Shown here: piece by piece, positions 42,215 through 56,769 of the stretch
Layout: the number at the start of each line of letters is the position of its first letter
Numbering within the stretch: the first letter of the stretch is position 1
Origin: Octopus vulgaris
Lineage: Eukaryota
Length of the DNA stretch: 64,000 bases
Assembly: GCA_951406725.2 (NCBI GenBank)
Contig: OX597828.1
Span: 28,458,001-28,522,000 of the forward strand
Direction: 5' to 3'
Program-made: the position numbers and the translations under genes
The notes under the pieces: model-generated
What the model was told of the DNA's origin: nothing
Database searches by the model: none
Seen by the model: the letters and a program-made list of their open reading frames with translations, nothing else

Positions 42215-42618
42215 GCAGGAGTGGGTGTGTGGTAAGTAGCTTGTTTACCAACCACATGGTTCCGGGTTCAGTCCCACTGCGTGGCATCTTGGGCATGTCT
42301 TCTACTATAGCCTTGGGCCGACCAAAGCCTTGTGAGTGGATTTGGTAGGCGGAAACTGAAAGAAGCCCGTCGTATATATGTATATATATATATATGTGTA
42401 TGTGTGTGTTTGTGTGTCTGTGTTTGTCCCCCTAGCATTGCTTGACAACCGATGCTGGTGTGTTTATGTCCCCGTTACTTAGCGGTTCGGCAAAACAGAC
42501 CAATAGAATAAGTACTGGGCTTACAAAGAATAAGTCCCGGGGTCGAGTTGCTCGATTAAAGGTGTTGCTCCAGCATGGCCGCAGTCAAATGACTGAAACA
42601 AGTAAAAGAGTAAAGAGT
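42215..42618 (+). mobile_element. CORE-like SINE family 2, full copy preceded by a duplicated head (42110-42205)
   Basis: Near-identical to 17794-18197. Confidence 0.82.
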
Positions 42619-44370
42619 ATATATATATATGTGTGTGTATATATATATATATATATTTTTTAAATAGGATAAAATCTTCATAAGAAATTATCAAGTAGTT
42701 AGCGTGAAAAAACCTCGTAAGAGAAAAAATCTGTAAATTTTTTCAACTTGAAAATATTTAATTATATTATATAGAGGGCACCATTACACATAGATGCTGC
42801 ACGCTAGGAGGGACTTTTAAAGTCATATATATTTCTTATTCTTTTTACTCATTTCAGCCATGCAGCTATGGTCATGCTGGAGCATCACCATGGCCTTGTT
42901 GATATCCTCAATCTGGGGTGTTTCATATCCCCACTCCTAAATGTACCTTTGTCCCAGTTGTTGGCCCATTTGATGTGTAAGGGAGTTTGATTCTGCTACC
43001 CTCGTCTGCACCTCATGCCGGGCTGTTGGTTCATCTGGTATTGTGGGAGAGGAGGATGTCTGGTTTCTTTTTGAGGACATCTGCTTCCACCTTATGCAGA
43101 TTTCTCAATTTTAATATATATGTTGGTATATGTGTACACATGTATGTGTACACATGTATGTGTACACATGTGTGTGTAGGTTTGTGTTTCCTTGTCTTGG
43201 TCTCATGTGGTAGATGCAAATGACCGTCACTGTCATACAAGAAGTGTCGTTCATTTCCAATATATTGCAAAAACATGTCTGGTCACGAGGAAATATTATT
43301 TTGCCTGGAATCAAGTGAGGGTTGGCAACAGGAAAAGCACCCTGCTGTAGAAAATTTACCTTAATAAACTCAGTGTAACCCATGCAAGCATGAAAAAGTG
43401 AACATTATAATAATAATAATGGTGACTCGATGTGATATGCAGTGAAATTTTGCTGCTATTTCTAGCAGATGCAACTGATTACTTATTGATTCGCCCACAG
43501 GTTTGTTCTGTTAGATATTTTTTCATAGATTAGTAATCTCTGGGGTTGAATCTTGAAACACTATCCTTGTGTTTTTTTTTAAAACCTAAGTCCACATTGA
43601 ATTATAAGTGAGATTCCTCTTGTTTCTCATTTGATGTGTCACAGAGAAAATGGGGAGGAAAAAATTAAAAGACACATTAAGATTTGTCACAAAATCGCAA
43701 TGCCACGAGACATGAATTTCTGTCACATCTCAAGCCAATCTCTACAGAGCGGTCAAAATTCAGGCTATTTATAAAGTGACTTCAGGAATGGTCTGTACAC
43801 TTTTTTTGGCATGTAAATCAAACAGATTTTGACAGTAGTTCTTTGATGTTTGATGATATTTCATCACAAGTGTAATGAGATACCATTGGCAGGAATAAAT
43901 GCCTCCATATGTGCTTCATTACATGCAGTTATTTTCTTCTCAAATATAGAAACAGCTAGATAGACAACATTCTATTTGTACAGTAAGTTGTGGGTTCAAT
44001 TCCTGAGAGAGTTAATTGTTTCAATTTTTTTTTATAATAATCTTCATAATTCTCTTCACATTTTATAATCTCTCTATCCCCCTCCTCCCTCGCTATCTCT
44101 CCTCCTGTCTCCTACCCTTATCCTCTCTCTCCCCTCACTCACCCCTCATTCAGTGTCCCTCCTCTTCTCTCTCTCTCTTTTCTTCCCCACTTTTCTCTCT
44201 TTCCCCCTCTTCCTCTCTCTTTCTTCCCCTTTCTCTCTGTTGGTTGCTTGTCAATCTATAAACAAGCACACAAACATACACACCTCTCTGCCTGTCTGTC
44301 TCTCTCTCTCTCTCTCTCTTTACCTCTCTGTCTGTCTGTCTCTCTCTCTTTACCTCCCTCTCTGTCTCTG

Positions 44371-44407
<37 letters not shown>

Positions 44408-44593
44408 AACACACACACATTTACAGTCTTCCCATTTCTGCCCACCAAATGTGCTCAAAAGGCTTTGGTCAACCAGGGATGACACTGTAGGAAAAGACAC
44501 TTGTCCAAGATGATACACATTGGAACTGAACCCAAAACCACATGGCTGCTTAACAAACATCTTAACCACACAGCCACACCTGTGCTTATATAC

Positions 44594-44624
<31 letters not shown>

Positions 44625-46044
44625 TATACACACACACACACACAGCCACAATCTTTATATTGCATTGTTTCATATCTACACATCACCAATGTCAGAGAAA
44701 TATTCCACATCAATCCCCCCCTCCTCTTCCTGCTGTTATATAAGTGTTGAAGCATTTCCATTATAAAATATACAATAACTGGCTACTTGTGTGTATATAT
44801 ATACACATGCATATATGTGTGTATGTATATATGTATGTGTGTGTATATATATATATATGTATGTATATATATGCATGTGTATGTAAGTATATATATATAT
44901 ATATATATACACACGCATATATATTTACATATACATATATATTTACATATATATATATACAAATATGCACAAACATATGTATATATAAACATAAATGCAT
45001 TTGTGTGTATATATATATAAATATATATATACATACACACACACACATATATGAAATAAACTTTAAAAAAAACTCAAAAAGAACAACTATGATTCTTAAA
45101 TCAGATAACTGATCAATAGATCAATAATTCTTTATTGATAACTTGACACATTCCAAAAAGAAAATAACAAGAAAAAAAAAATGCGGTAGAGAAATCATGA
45201 ACATGGAAATATCAAGTCTTTAAATTGCCGAATAACACCTTTCGGTTAAACTAATTTTTAATCAGTTTAAATATAGTTCTTTCTTTTATTTTTTAAAATA
45301 TTTTTTTGTGTTGTTGTTTAGTTTCTTTTGTTTAATTATTCAATTATCAGTAGAAAAAGGATCAATGGCAATAATTCTTAAAGATATGGTCTCTGAAATT
45401 CCATAAGCTATTGATTTGGCAACTTTACCTCCCCATAGCATGATGCCTGCTTCTGGAATTATTACATGGAAATATTTCTATTTCTCTCATATCAGAACTT
45501 GTAAATCTCGTTTTGAAGCTAGAAATGATGTGGGGAAGTAGAACTGGTAAATAAGAACTCATTAATCCACCATTGGTGTTGCTCATACTTCATGTTTTAT
45601 ATATATATATATATCTTGTTTTCTTAATTTCTTTTCATCCTCCCTCTCTCTTTCTCCCCACCCCCGCTTTCTTCTGCATATTCATCTGATGACATTGTTG
45701 TTGCTAAAGTTAAACCCCAGGTCTACTTATTATGGAAAGTGTTTGGACCATGATGATCATCCTATTTATATACATATGTGTCATACACATATATACATAC
45801 AAGGCGGCGAGCTGGCAGAACCGTTAGCACGCCGGGCGAAATGCGTAGCCGTATTTCATCTACCGTTACGTTCCGAGTTCAAATTCCGCCGAGGTCGACT
45901 TTGCCTTTCATCCTTTCGGGGGTCAATAAATTATGTACCAGTTACGCACTGGGTCGATATAATTGACTTAAATTCGTTTGTCCTCTCTATGTTTAGCCCC
46001 TTGTGGATAGTAAAGAAACATATATACATATGTGTCTGTGTGTG

Positions 46045-46440
46045 TATTGTTGCTATTATGTTAAACTGCCGTATGTCCAAATTTGGCCAAATGCGTTCTT
46101 TTTCAATATTTAATTTTTCTTGCAATAGCGGGTACTTTTGGTAAAACTATCGTATCTCCAGCTGCTTCAGATGCCAAGATATAAAAATTGACAAAGTGTA
46201 GTACAACGGTTCAGCATTTTTCAAAAGTGTAGTAAGTCCCATATAGAACAGTTTTGTAAAAATATTTCCGACTCAAAATATCATCCATGCATAGAATTAC
46301 CATTTTATGCCCCAACAAATATTACTGTTAAGCTGAAAGTGTTGCTAATGTAAAAAGAAATGGAATGGTGAAACTATTTTTTCATTTTCTTGAAATGCAA
46401 TGTTTTGGATTTACAACAGTTTTGCATAACGGCAACGATA
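46045..46440. mobile_element. MITE-like element with imperfect TIRs of about 28 bp
   Basis: Start tattgttgctattatgttaaactg versus reverse complement of the end, tatcgttgccgttatgcaaaactg. Confidence 0.5.
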
Positions 46441-46445
46441 TACAT

Positions 46446-46499
<54 letters not shown>

Positions 46500-47069
46500 T
46501 CTCTTTCCAAAATAATTTAGCTTGTTGTTGTTGTCATCATCATCAGCTTCATCACCACCATCACCCTCACTTTTATCACTGTCATCAGTACCATGATTAT
46601 CATCATCATCATCATCACCATTATCGTCGCCACCACCACTACTACCACCACTATCATCACCATCATCACCATCACTGCTACCATCATCACCACCACCAGC
46701 ATCATCAACATCTATCGATCTCCGTCAATAACAACATAAGCTCTTTGAAGTTTGGTGCCTCTTTGAGTTTTATTCTTTTATATTATTCCATCCAAAACAG
46801 GTTACATCGCTATAATGGTAGTCTAAGGGGAGATTTGAACTCAGTTCTCATAGTATCAAAACAAATATCACCCTAAGATATTCCATTCAATGTTCTAACC
46901 ATTCCACCAATTCATCTTCTTCGACTGAAAAAAACAGAAAAAGAATGGTAAAAATTGACTTCTGAGGGATTTGAAGATTATGAGGATTATAGTGGAGATG
47001 ATGATGGGGGCAGGAGGTGGATGATAATGTTGTGATGATGGTGATACAAATGATGATGATGTATGTTTA

Positions 47070-47575
47070 TCAATCCATCTATCTATCTATCTACCTGCTG
47101 GAGTGCCCGCTATCCATCTATCTATCAATCCATCCATCTATCTATCTATCTATCAATCCATCCCTCTCTCTATCTATCTATCTATCTATTAATCCATCTA
47201 TTTATCCATCCATCTATCTATCTATCTATCCATCCCTCTATACATCCATCCATCTATCTACTATCTATCTATCAATCCATCTATTTATCCATATATCTAT
47301 CTATCTGTCTATCTGTCTATCAATCCATCCCTCTATCCATCAATCTATCTATCTATTTTTTTGTCTATCAATCCATCTATTTATCCATATATCTATCTAT
47401 CTATCTGTCTGTCTGTCTGTATGTCTGTCTATCAATCCATCCATCCATCTATCTATGTATCTATCTATCTATTTATCTATCTATCTATCTGTCTATCAAT
47501 CCATCTATCTATCCATATAGCTATCTGTCTATCTATCCATCAATCCATCTTTCTATCAATCTGTCTGTCTTTCTA
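47070..47575. repeat. Degenerate (TATC)n/(TCCA)n array
   Basis: Directly visible. Confidence 0.9.
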
Positions 47576-48413
47576 TCACCTCAATGTTTCATTTAAAGAA
47601 TTAACTTTCTTTTCTTAGAGCTGGGGGTAGGTTCTTATGAAGACTTTCAAATGGTAACAAAACAGGGAAAAGAATTGGGTAAAGAAAGAAATATTCTTAA
47701 AACATAATTGTTGAGGTTGTTGTTGTGGTGGTGGAAGTTGTTATTGTTATTCATTTTCTTACATATCATGGCAGTGGTGGTGGTCATGGTGGAGTGTGTG
47801 CAAAAGCCAGTTTTAGTTGTGTGATGTTCATCTGTAAAGGTGTGTATATCTGTGAAATGTATGTATGTATGCATGTTTGCGTGTGTAGAATTCTGTCTAT
47901 GTATGTGTATGTTTGCACACATGTGAATATGTGTTTGTTTGTGTATATATGTATTCACACACGCATATATATATGTGTGTGTGTATATTATGAATAGGTG
48001 CAGGCATGGCTGTGTGGTAAGAAGCTTGCTTCCCAACCCCATGGTTCTAGGTTCAGTTCAACTCTGTGGCAACTTGTGCAAGTGCCGCTATTTTTGCCTC
48101 AGGCTGACCAAAGTCTTGTGAGTGGATTTGGCAGACGGAAACTGAAAGGAGTCTGTTGCATATATATATATATGTGTATATACTTATGTGTATGCCTTTG
48201 TATCTGTGTTTGTGCCCCCACCTCTATCGCTTGACAACCAGTGTTGGTGCGTTTACATGCCTGTAACTTAACAATCCAGCAAAAGAGACCAATAGAATAA
48301 GTACAAAGAATAAGTCCTGTGGTCAATTTCTTCGACTAAAAAGTGGTGCTCCAGCATGGCACCAGTTAAATGACTAAAACAAGTAAAAGAATAGGTGTAC
48401 GCCTCTGCATGTG

Positions 48414-48450
<37 letters not shown>

Positions 48451-48452
<2 letters not shown>

Positions 48453-48600
48453 TCATCATCATCATTTAGCGTCCGTTTTCCATGCTAGCATGGGTTGGAC
48501 GGTTCAACTGGGGTCTGTGAAGCTGGAAGGCTTCATCAGGCTCAGTCAGATCTGGCAGTGTTTCTACAACTGGATGCCCTTCCTAACGCCAACCACTCCA
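48451..48600 (-). mobile_element. RTE LINE 3'-end fragment in (TA)n
   Basis: Reverse complement of about 61323-61475, including the (CAT)n tail. Confidence 0.8.
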
Positions 48601-50037
48601 TATATATATGTATGTATGTATGTATATATATATGTATGTATGTATATATATATATATATATATATATTTATGTATGTATGTATGTATATGTATGTATGTA
48701 TATATATGTATGTGTGTGTGTATCCAGAGAGAAAGATATTAATATTTAGCAGAAGCAACAGAGTGACTCAAGGGCCGAGAGTTTGTTCGTTGGCATTTAT
48801 CACCTACCTGTATGCATGTGTGTGTGTGTATATACACACACACTATATGTATATGTATTTTGCAAATATGAGTGTGTATATACTAGCATACATTTTCCTG
48901 AATCTTAATATCTTTCTGCTTGTGTGTTTATATTTGTGTGTTTGTATATGCATGTGTATATGTGTGAATGCCTGTGCATAGATATGTGTGCAACTGTGTA
49001 TGCATATATGTTGGTGTGTATGTATATATATATATATGTATGTATGTATGTATGTATGCATACGCTGTATACTCGTGTATACATAGTCATGGATCTATAT
49101 GCTTTCCTGGTTGTGTATGTATGTGTATACTTGTGTCTATGTGCGTGTGTGTGTGTGTGTCTCTGTGTGTAATTTACTCTATCACATGAAAAGAAACAAT
49201 GATTTAGCAGAGAATAGCCTTAAGTCATTTGTTTTTGAAATGCTCCTCGCTTGGACACTTAAACATGGTAGCATCTCTTTCTCTTTCTTCCTCATGTCCT
49301 CCTTCTTCTTCTTCTTCTTCTTCTTCTTCTTCTTCTCTCTTGCACGTTTCTTCTTATTCTTTTCATTGCTGTCTTTTAAAATCTTATCTCATAATTCCAA
49401 TTACTGATAGATAAATGTCTACTACTAACCTATTCAATGTGCGTCAAGTGGGCCAAAGAATGGCCTTGACATTTTCATGCAGTGTGTGCCAAGTGGCTGG
49501 TGAATTGTCATTGTAAAAATATAAATACCCAGCAAAGACAAGGCAGGTACATGCAGGATGAAGTATATGTTATTATTTTTATTGGTGAAGTGGACATAGA
49601 AAATTCACCAAGTCCTTACTTCTGACATGTGCTTAATTCAGGTAGCATTATGTCAGATCGTCAATTAAAAATGCCTTGGGCCTTTTGTCTTGCTTTTTTA
49701 AAAATTTTCTCTTGTTTGTTGTGGATGTTTGATTTTCTTTAATTATTATTGTTGTTGTTGTTGTTATTACTTTCTTTGTGTTTTGTAGTTGTTGTTGTTG
49801 GTTTATTAACTTTTCATTTTTTTTTGACTATTTTGAAAAATTCTAGAATCTTCAGGTCTTGTTTCAAAGTAGTAAGCTTGTCATGGTATAGCATAAACAT
49901 GAAAAAGTAATACATACACACACAAATACATGTATATAAACATACATATATATATACATGTATATTTATGTATATACATAAATAGATATGTGTGTATGTG
50001 TGCATATATATATATACATAAATACATACACACACAT

Positions 50038-50084
<47 letters not shown>

Positions 50085-50700
50085 TATATGTATATATATA
50101 TATTAAAAACCCGCACACAAACCGACAAGAAAAACACACCTATAAACCAGACACTTAAGTAGGCAGTTGAAGAGGAGTTTCTTACACAACAATGGAGTCT
50201 GTGGTGAAAGACCCTTTGTTACAAATAACACAACCAGCATGGAACCTGAATCACCAGCGTTTAAAGAAGATTTTGTGTGGTTTTCCTTGGTAGTTTTTTG
50301 TTAGCGTTTCTGTTTTCAACTATCAATGGGTTTTAAGAAAGTGAAAATTATGGACAAGTGGAATGCTTCCCTTGTTGAGCTGGTTTCTTGATGAAAAGAC
50401 AATGGTACTTATTGCAGATTTGTGTTTGTTTGTGTATGTGCTTATGTTTGTGTGTGTGTGTGTGTGTGTGTGTGAAGAATTGTAGACGGATGTGATGAGC
50501 AAATGTCTCTGTAAAGACTATGTTTTTGGGGTATTTTCATGTTTTTGTTGTGTTTCTCAGTGTATGAATATATATATGTATTCTCAGTTTTTTTTTTGTA
50601 TTACATACATCATAAGCATTCACATCCATGTGTCTATATCTATATGTTTATCATAAATATTTTATATATATAAACATACATACAGATAAATACATATATG

Positions 50701-50732
<32 letters not shown>

Positions 50733-51224
50733 TAACTATACAGATTATATATAGATAGATAGATAGATATAGGTGTGTGTAATTCCGTGTGTATGCATGC
50801 TCATTTAAGGACTTACCTGTATGTATATATTAATGATTAGTGAGTGTACATCGCTATTTTTCTTACGCATTTCCATTCATTTTAGATCCTTCTCCTTTCT
50901 CCTTTGTCCGTTAGCTTTTCATTACATATTGACATTCATAATCATAATATAACAAACCACACTGCACTCTCTCTCTCTCTCTCTCTCTCTAGTTTACAGG
51001 AAACCTCTTTGAAACTAAACTTTGATAAATGAATTTATTAAAAACAGAAAACAAAAAAAAGAACATTTTTTTCCTCTTTTCCACTACAATTTTACTTGTA
51101 AACTTTTTTTATTGATCTGTAAAACATTCAGTAAACGTATTTCAAATGTGTATTTCACTTTTATTCCATTTAAATAAAACATACATAAATATATATGTGT
51201 ATGTATATAGAGAGAGGAAAGAGG

Positions 51225-51545
51225 CTGGTGGTATGTTCTGCTGGATGCGTAATGTAAGTGCAACAGAGTGCAAAGTGCGCTGAGAGAAAAGTTAGGCATA
51301 AGAGGAATTAGATGCAGAGTGCAAGACAGGTAACTGTGCTGGTTTGGTCATGTAATGAGGATGGATATGGACAGCTGCATAAAGAAGTGCCAGTCACTCA
51401 GAGTGGATGGAACTTGTGGAAGAGGGAGACCCAGGAAGACATGGAATAAAATATTGAAGGACAACCTCAGGATACTGAACCTTATGGAGGAGATGACAAA
51501 GGACCAAAATACCTGATGCCTTGCTGCCCTCAAGAAGACCCATCC
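51225..51545 (+). mobile_element. Diverged RTE LINE C-terminal fragment
   Basis: Similar to 60540-60855 (WFGHVMRMD...[12 protein letters not shown]). Confidence 0.75.
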
Positions 51546-51573
51546 TCCAGAAATGTTAATGCCACTGCTGCTG

Positions 51574-51957
51574 TTGCTGTTGCTGTTGAGCGAACGGTCT
51601 TCGTCCCAGAGCTCACAAGATGGGAGAAGTCCAAAACGTGGTCCTTTGCTATTCGTAAGACCCGCAGAAGAGAAAGCAGGTCAACCCCTAACACTGAGAG
51701 CATCGACGGATGGATGAATGCGCATCCAGGCTCAGTGGTTGTGTAGGAAGTCGGGGACAAGAAACAGGAAGAAAGAGTGAGAGAAAGTTGGAGCGAAAGA
51801 GTACAACAGGGGTCGCCACTACCCCCTGCCGGAGCTTCGTGGAGCTTTAGGTGTTTTCGCTCAATAAACACACACAATGCCTAGTCTGGGAATCGAAACC
51901 GCGATCTTCCGACCACAAGTCTGCTGCCCTAACCATTGGGCCATTGCGCCTCCACTT
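51574..51957 (-). mobile_element. tRNA-derived SINE family 3 with (CAACAG)n tail
   Basis: Minus-strand head tggcccaatggttagggc...ggtttcgattccc; TSD gccactgctgctg on both sides. Confidence 0.7.
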
Positions 51958-52188
51958 GCCACTGCTGCTGATGAAGGGGACAACCTGCAAGAGTCTTGTG
52001 CCAGTGCCCCATAGCAGCACTCATGGAGGTGAATCCACTCTAAAACATTGCTATTGAGAGAAACAGTGACTATGTTGAGAAGTAGGGATGTGATCCACAG
52101 AGGACCAGCTTTATTTTGATGTATGATACATGTTCCTGTGTTGGTAATTATACCTATCCTAAACAAAATAGTATTACACACCTTCGTA

Positions 52189-52221
<33 letters not shown>

Positions 52222-52777
52222 ATGTATATATATATATATATAATAAAGGTACCATCGCAAGCCATAGGCTTTTAAAGCCAGTTTCCTAGATTCTGTGGCA
52301 TATATATTCCCCCAATGGAGGAGATGCCAGTCTGTTGGAGGATGTAAGTTGGTGTGTCTCCCTCCTATGATAGTTGTAAATGAATGCCATTGTCATACAA
52401 GCAATGATTCCAATCTTTTGTTTCCAATCTTCCATGAAAACATGTTTGGCTAAGGTGAAATACTACCTTACTGTGAAACAGGTGAGGGTTGGTTACCAGG
52501 AAGGTCATCTGGGTGTAGAAAACCTGCTTCAATGAACTCTGTCAGATTTATGCAAGCATGGAAAGTGGATGTTATTACAATTATGATGATATACCAGTCT
52601 TAAATTTTGGCACAAAGCCAGAATTTTCAGGGGAGGTGTTAAGTCGATTACATTAACCCCAGTGCTCAGCTGGTACTTATTTTATGGACTTTGACTGTAT
52701 ATCATACTCAAAGCATACATACATACATACTTACATACATATATATATACATACACACACATATATATATATATATA

Positions 52778-53175
52778 CTAGCAGTATCGCCCGGCGTTGC
52801 ACAGGTCTGTAAGGGAAATAACTATATAAGCATATTTAGAGATGTAAAGTATAATAGCCATCTCAATATGGCTAACCACAAAGGGGGGGGGTGTTACTGT
52901 AGCTTTTTACGTTCTGAGATTTAATAATAAATTTTTAGAGAGTTACTTCCCTTATATATGCCAAAAATGCATTAAAAATAGGAAAAATTTATGGTAAATT
53001 TTTTTTTAAATCGTAGACTCATCGTAGACGCGTGCTAATACCCAGAAGGGCTCGATATGAATCACGACTATAAGATACCCGATTTTGGTTAAACTGCACT
53101 GCAAAATGTGGGAGTAGTTAGGAATCTAAATCGTAGGAGACAGACAGCACACAACCTTACTTTTATGTATAAAGA
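52778..53175 (-). mobile_element. Non-autonomous Helitron-like element (second copy)
   Basis: Reverse complement of 19015-19415 with the same termini and a variant interior. Confidence 0.82.
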
Positions 53176-54105
53176 TATACACACGCACACACACACACAC
53201 ACATATATACACGACTGAAAGTCAAATATACTATTCATCTCAAGAGATCTTTTCTTATAGATTCATTGTTTAATGTCCATTTTCTATGCTGGCATGGGTT
53301 GGACAGTATGACTGCAGCTGGTATGGTCAGGGTCCACACAAGGATGCTCTTCCTAATGCCAACCACTTTATAGAGTGCAATGAGTGCTTTTTATATGACA
53401 CCAGATCAGCTGATATATTTCTGTCTTTTTTTTAACGCTATACATTAAAAAGAGATGCTTTCTTGATATAAATACTGCAGTTTAGAAGGCTTTCAACTGT
53501 ATATATTCTTTTAATGTGACATATTGGTTGCTAGCTTGAACTAATATTACTGTCATTGCTAGCAACGAATACACACACACACACACACACACACTCAATG
53601 TTTTCTGTTTGAAATGGATTTAATCTTATTGTTGAAAAGTGAAGAAGTTGACTGTTAACTTTGAAAATTGTTATTTCGTGTGACATAAATTCAGTATTAG
53701 ATTAGTAATCTAAGAAAATAAAGTTTGACTTCAACCAACAACTTTCTATTTTATCACTTAGATTAATGAAATCAGTGGTTTTTGCTTGTGTCTGTGTGTG
53801 CGTGTGTGATTGAGTGCATGCTTATCCACTCCATATTAAACTATACTATACGATCTACCTTACTCCTGAAATTCTGAAGACAACTACAAGTCTGGCGAAA
53901 ATTTTTGATCTTACTTGGTTGTCATGAGATAAATTTGTTTTTTTGTTTTTTTTGCTTTTTTGCTTTTTTTGTCTGCTTGGCTCTCCATTGTCAAATGTCT
54001 GGAAAAAAGGTAAAATTTATTCTAATTTCAAGAATGATTGACAAAAGTTGTGTAGGAAAAAATAGAGCTACAAATAACACAATAAAACACTGCAATAAAA
54101 ATATT

Positions 54106-54443
54106 TCGGAGATGTACTCGCATAGCAAGTAACTTGATCTGAGATCGTGTGCTGAAACGAAAACCATTGCAGCATGGAAGGTGTTTGTAAGCCATTTAAG
54201 AAACACACAAAAGCCGTTCGATTCACTTCAACATTTAAGTTTAATTTGTCAAAATATTTTTGTTGCTAAAATCCGCGACCTGTTCACTGACAAAATTGAG
54301 ATCCAGCACGGATTTTTGTCAGTGAACAGGTCGCGGTCTTAAAGTGGCAAAAATATTTTGGCAAATTAAACTTAAATGTTGAAGTGAATCGAACGGCTTT
54401 TGTGTGTTTCTTAAATGGCTTACAAACACCTTCCACGCTGCAA
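54106..54443. mobile_element. Foldback element (possible inverted Penelope pLTR remnant or MITE)
   Basis: Arms of about 130 bp (54167-54297 and 54313-54443) are near-complementary; about 60 nt unpaired extension on the left; direct repeat ctgcaataaaaatatt at both edges. Confidence 0.65.
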
Positions 54444-55623
54444 TAAAAATATTATTTTGTGTTAATTCAAATAACATTGGAAAAAGAAACTCCGTCAGTT
54501 ACAACAACGAGGGTTCCAATTGATCCTATCTACTGAACAGTCTACTCGTGAAATTAACATATAAGTGGCTGAGCACTCCACAGACATGCATAAACTTAAT
54601 GCAGTTCTTAAAGAGATTCAACTTGACACACAATGTGACAAGGCTGGCCCTTTGAATCACAGGTATAACTCATTTTTTCTAGCTGACTGAATTGGGGCCA
54701 CGTGAAATAAAGTGCCTTGCTCAAGAACACAATATGCCGCCAGGAATCAATCTCATGACTTTGTGATCATGAGACAAATACCCTGACCACTAAGCCATGT
54801 GCCTTCTCTAAATAACATTGGGAAGAATTAAAATAAATGAAATAATGAATTAATGAGTTTATCTAACAACCCAATATTTTCTCAACATAAAAACATTGTC
54901 ATTCATGTCAGAGTATAAATTTCTGTAATGAGAAAGTTCCTCTTTAAGATGCAAACTTTGGTAAGGAAGACCTAGCCATGCCGCCAATGTTGATCAGACA
55001 AAAGACAACGGTTGCAATAGCTTGACACCATTGTCCTTGTAGTGTTTGCCATCAGAATTCAAAGAGCTGGAACTATTACTGTGAGGCATTCTGTCTGATG
55101 TAATGATTCTGTCAAACCATCATCCTCAATTGATCATTTTTCTTATCACACCCTCCCCACAAACACTGCAAAAAAATTTTAAAAAAGGATGAAAAGTAAA
55201 GTTGGATTTGACAGAATTTGAACTCAGTGATTTGAGAATCAGAACAATTAAAACAAGACAGTCTAACCAATGCTCTATCATCCCTGCCAACCAGCCACAT
55301 TATTTTCACAATCTATTCACGATTATACTTTCTATTGTTATTCTAAGTCTCTTCCTTCATATACGACACATCCTTATATATTCCACTCTTATATTATACC
55401 ATAACTATACAATCCATTCCTATTCTTTCCATTCCTATACTCTTCACCATTCCTATACTTTCCCACTCCTTTACTAACCAGTCTTATAGACTCTCTTCTC
55501 TGTACAACCCATAGCTATTTAAACTCCTTCTGTGGTCTGATGTTTGTGAAAACAAAGATCCATTATTGATTGATTTCTTAAATGTTTGACTTTTTTTTTT
55601 TTATATTTCTGTTCAAATTTTAG

Positions 55624-55708
55624 ATAAAAGAATTGGAAGTCAGTTCTCTGTCAAAGGAAGTTCTTCAGATTCAGAAAACTCTCTCTGAAGACTGGGATTT
55701 CTTTAAAG
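55624..55708 (+). CDS. WDR4: WDR4-like penultimate coding exon (phase 0 to 1)
   Basis: T-tract plus ttttag| acceptor, aag|gtatat donor, 85 nt. Translates IKELEVSSLSKEVLQIQKTLSEDWDFFK; position and phase fit the chain. Confidence 0.8.
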
Positions 55709-56581
55709 GTATATTTGTTATGCTTTTAGTTGTTACCGTTGTTGTTGTTGTTGTTGTTGTAGTAGAATGCGCATTGTTATACTGTGGCTGCTCCAATTGT
55801 TATGGCATCATAATAAAACGGTCAGCTTGTGATTGGAGATTGCTATTCCTTTTGATAACTAAAACCTCACTTTCTCAGCCTTGGAACAGAACAATTGTTA
55901 GTTTATCCTGGATTTCAAGAATCCTTGTTTTGATACTGCTTTAGAACAATATACTGACAGCAAGAACTGTTTGTGTTGAGGAACAGAACCATAATCCTCT
56001 GATTTATTCCCCATTCTTCTGTTTTATCAACATCAAATATATATTCTGTGCTGATGACTATGGTTAATTTGGGAAAAATTGGTGCTGCTAAATTAAATGA
56101 AGCCTTTTAGAGAAATCATCAAAGTATTTATAAAGTGTCTTTGTGTTTATCATCATATTCCAAAATACAACAGCTTTGGTTTCTTCTCTTCTCTTTAAGG
56201 GTAATATCAATGGGATTGTTTCTTTTTTTTTTTTTTTTTTTACCAGTTTGTACTTAAGCTCTGAGGAATTTCAATTCAGCTCATCATTGCATTGAGGTGT
56301 TATATAAATTCTTAGAAACAATATTTTTATATTTAAGAGCCACTTTGGATGGTGGAACCACCGAGAATATCCCTAAACCCTACATCTGTGGGTTCTTTTT
56401 TTTTAATTCCTCAGATAACCAAAATAAGGTTTTAGGGTAGAAAAAAACAGAAAGAAATACATTATTTCTACATAATAAATTGTACCATTGTAATTCTCAA
56501 CCACATGAAATAACATATTTTTATGAGTTCTGATTTTTTTTTTTTTTTCTATTTTTTTCCTGATATCTTCAATGGATGCAG

Positions 56582-56769
56582 AGTCTCTTGATGTTCCGTG
56601 TTGGACTAAAGCCTTAGCAAAAAGCCGAGTTGATAATACGCTTGATTACCTGAAGCGGAAAGAGCAGCAGATGAAAAAGAAACAGCAACCAAAGCCAAGC
56701 CAATCAGAGGGGAAACTGTCTGAAGACTCTGCAAAGGAACCATCAGCTAAAGTAGCCAAAATGGAATAA
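56582..56769 (+). CDS. WDR4: WDR4-like terminal coding exon
   Basis: The first AG after the long T-tract (cag at 56579-56581) keeps the frame. (E)SLDVPCWTKALAKSRVDNTLDYLKRKEQQMKKKQ...* resembles the WDR4 C-terminal motif '[20 protein letters not shown]'. Stop TAA at 56767-56769. Confidence 0.85.
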
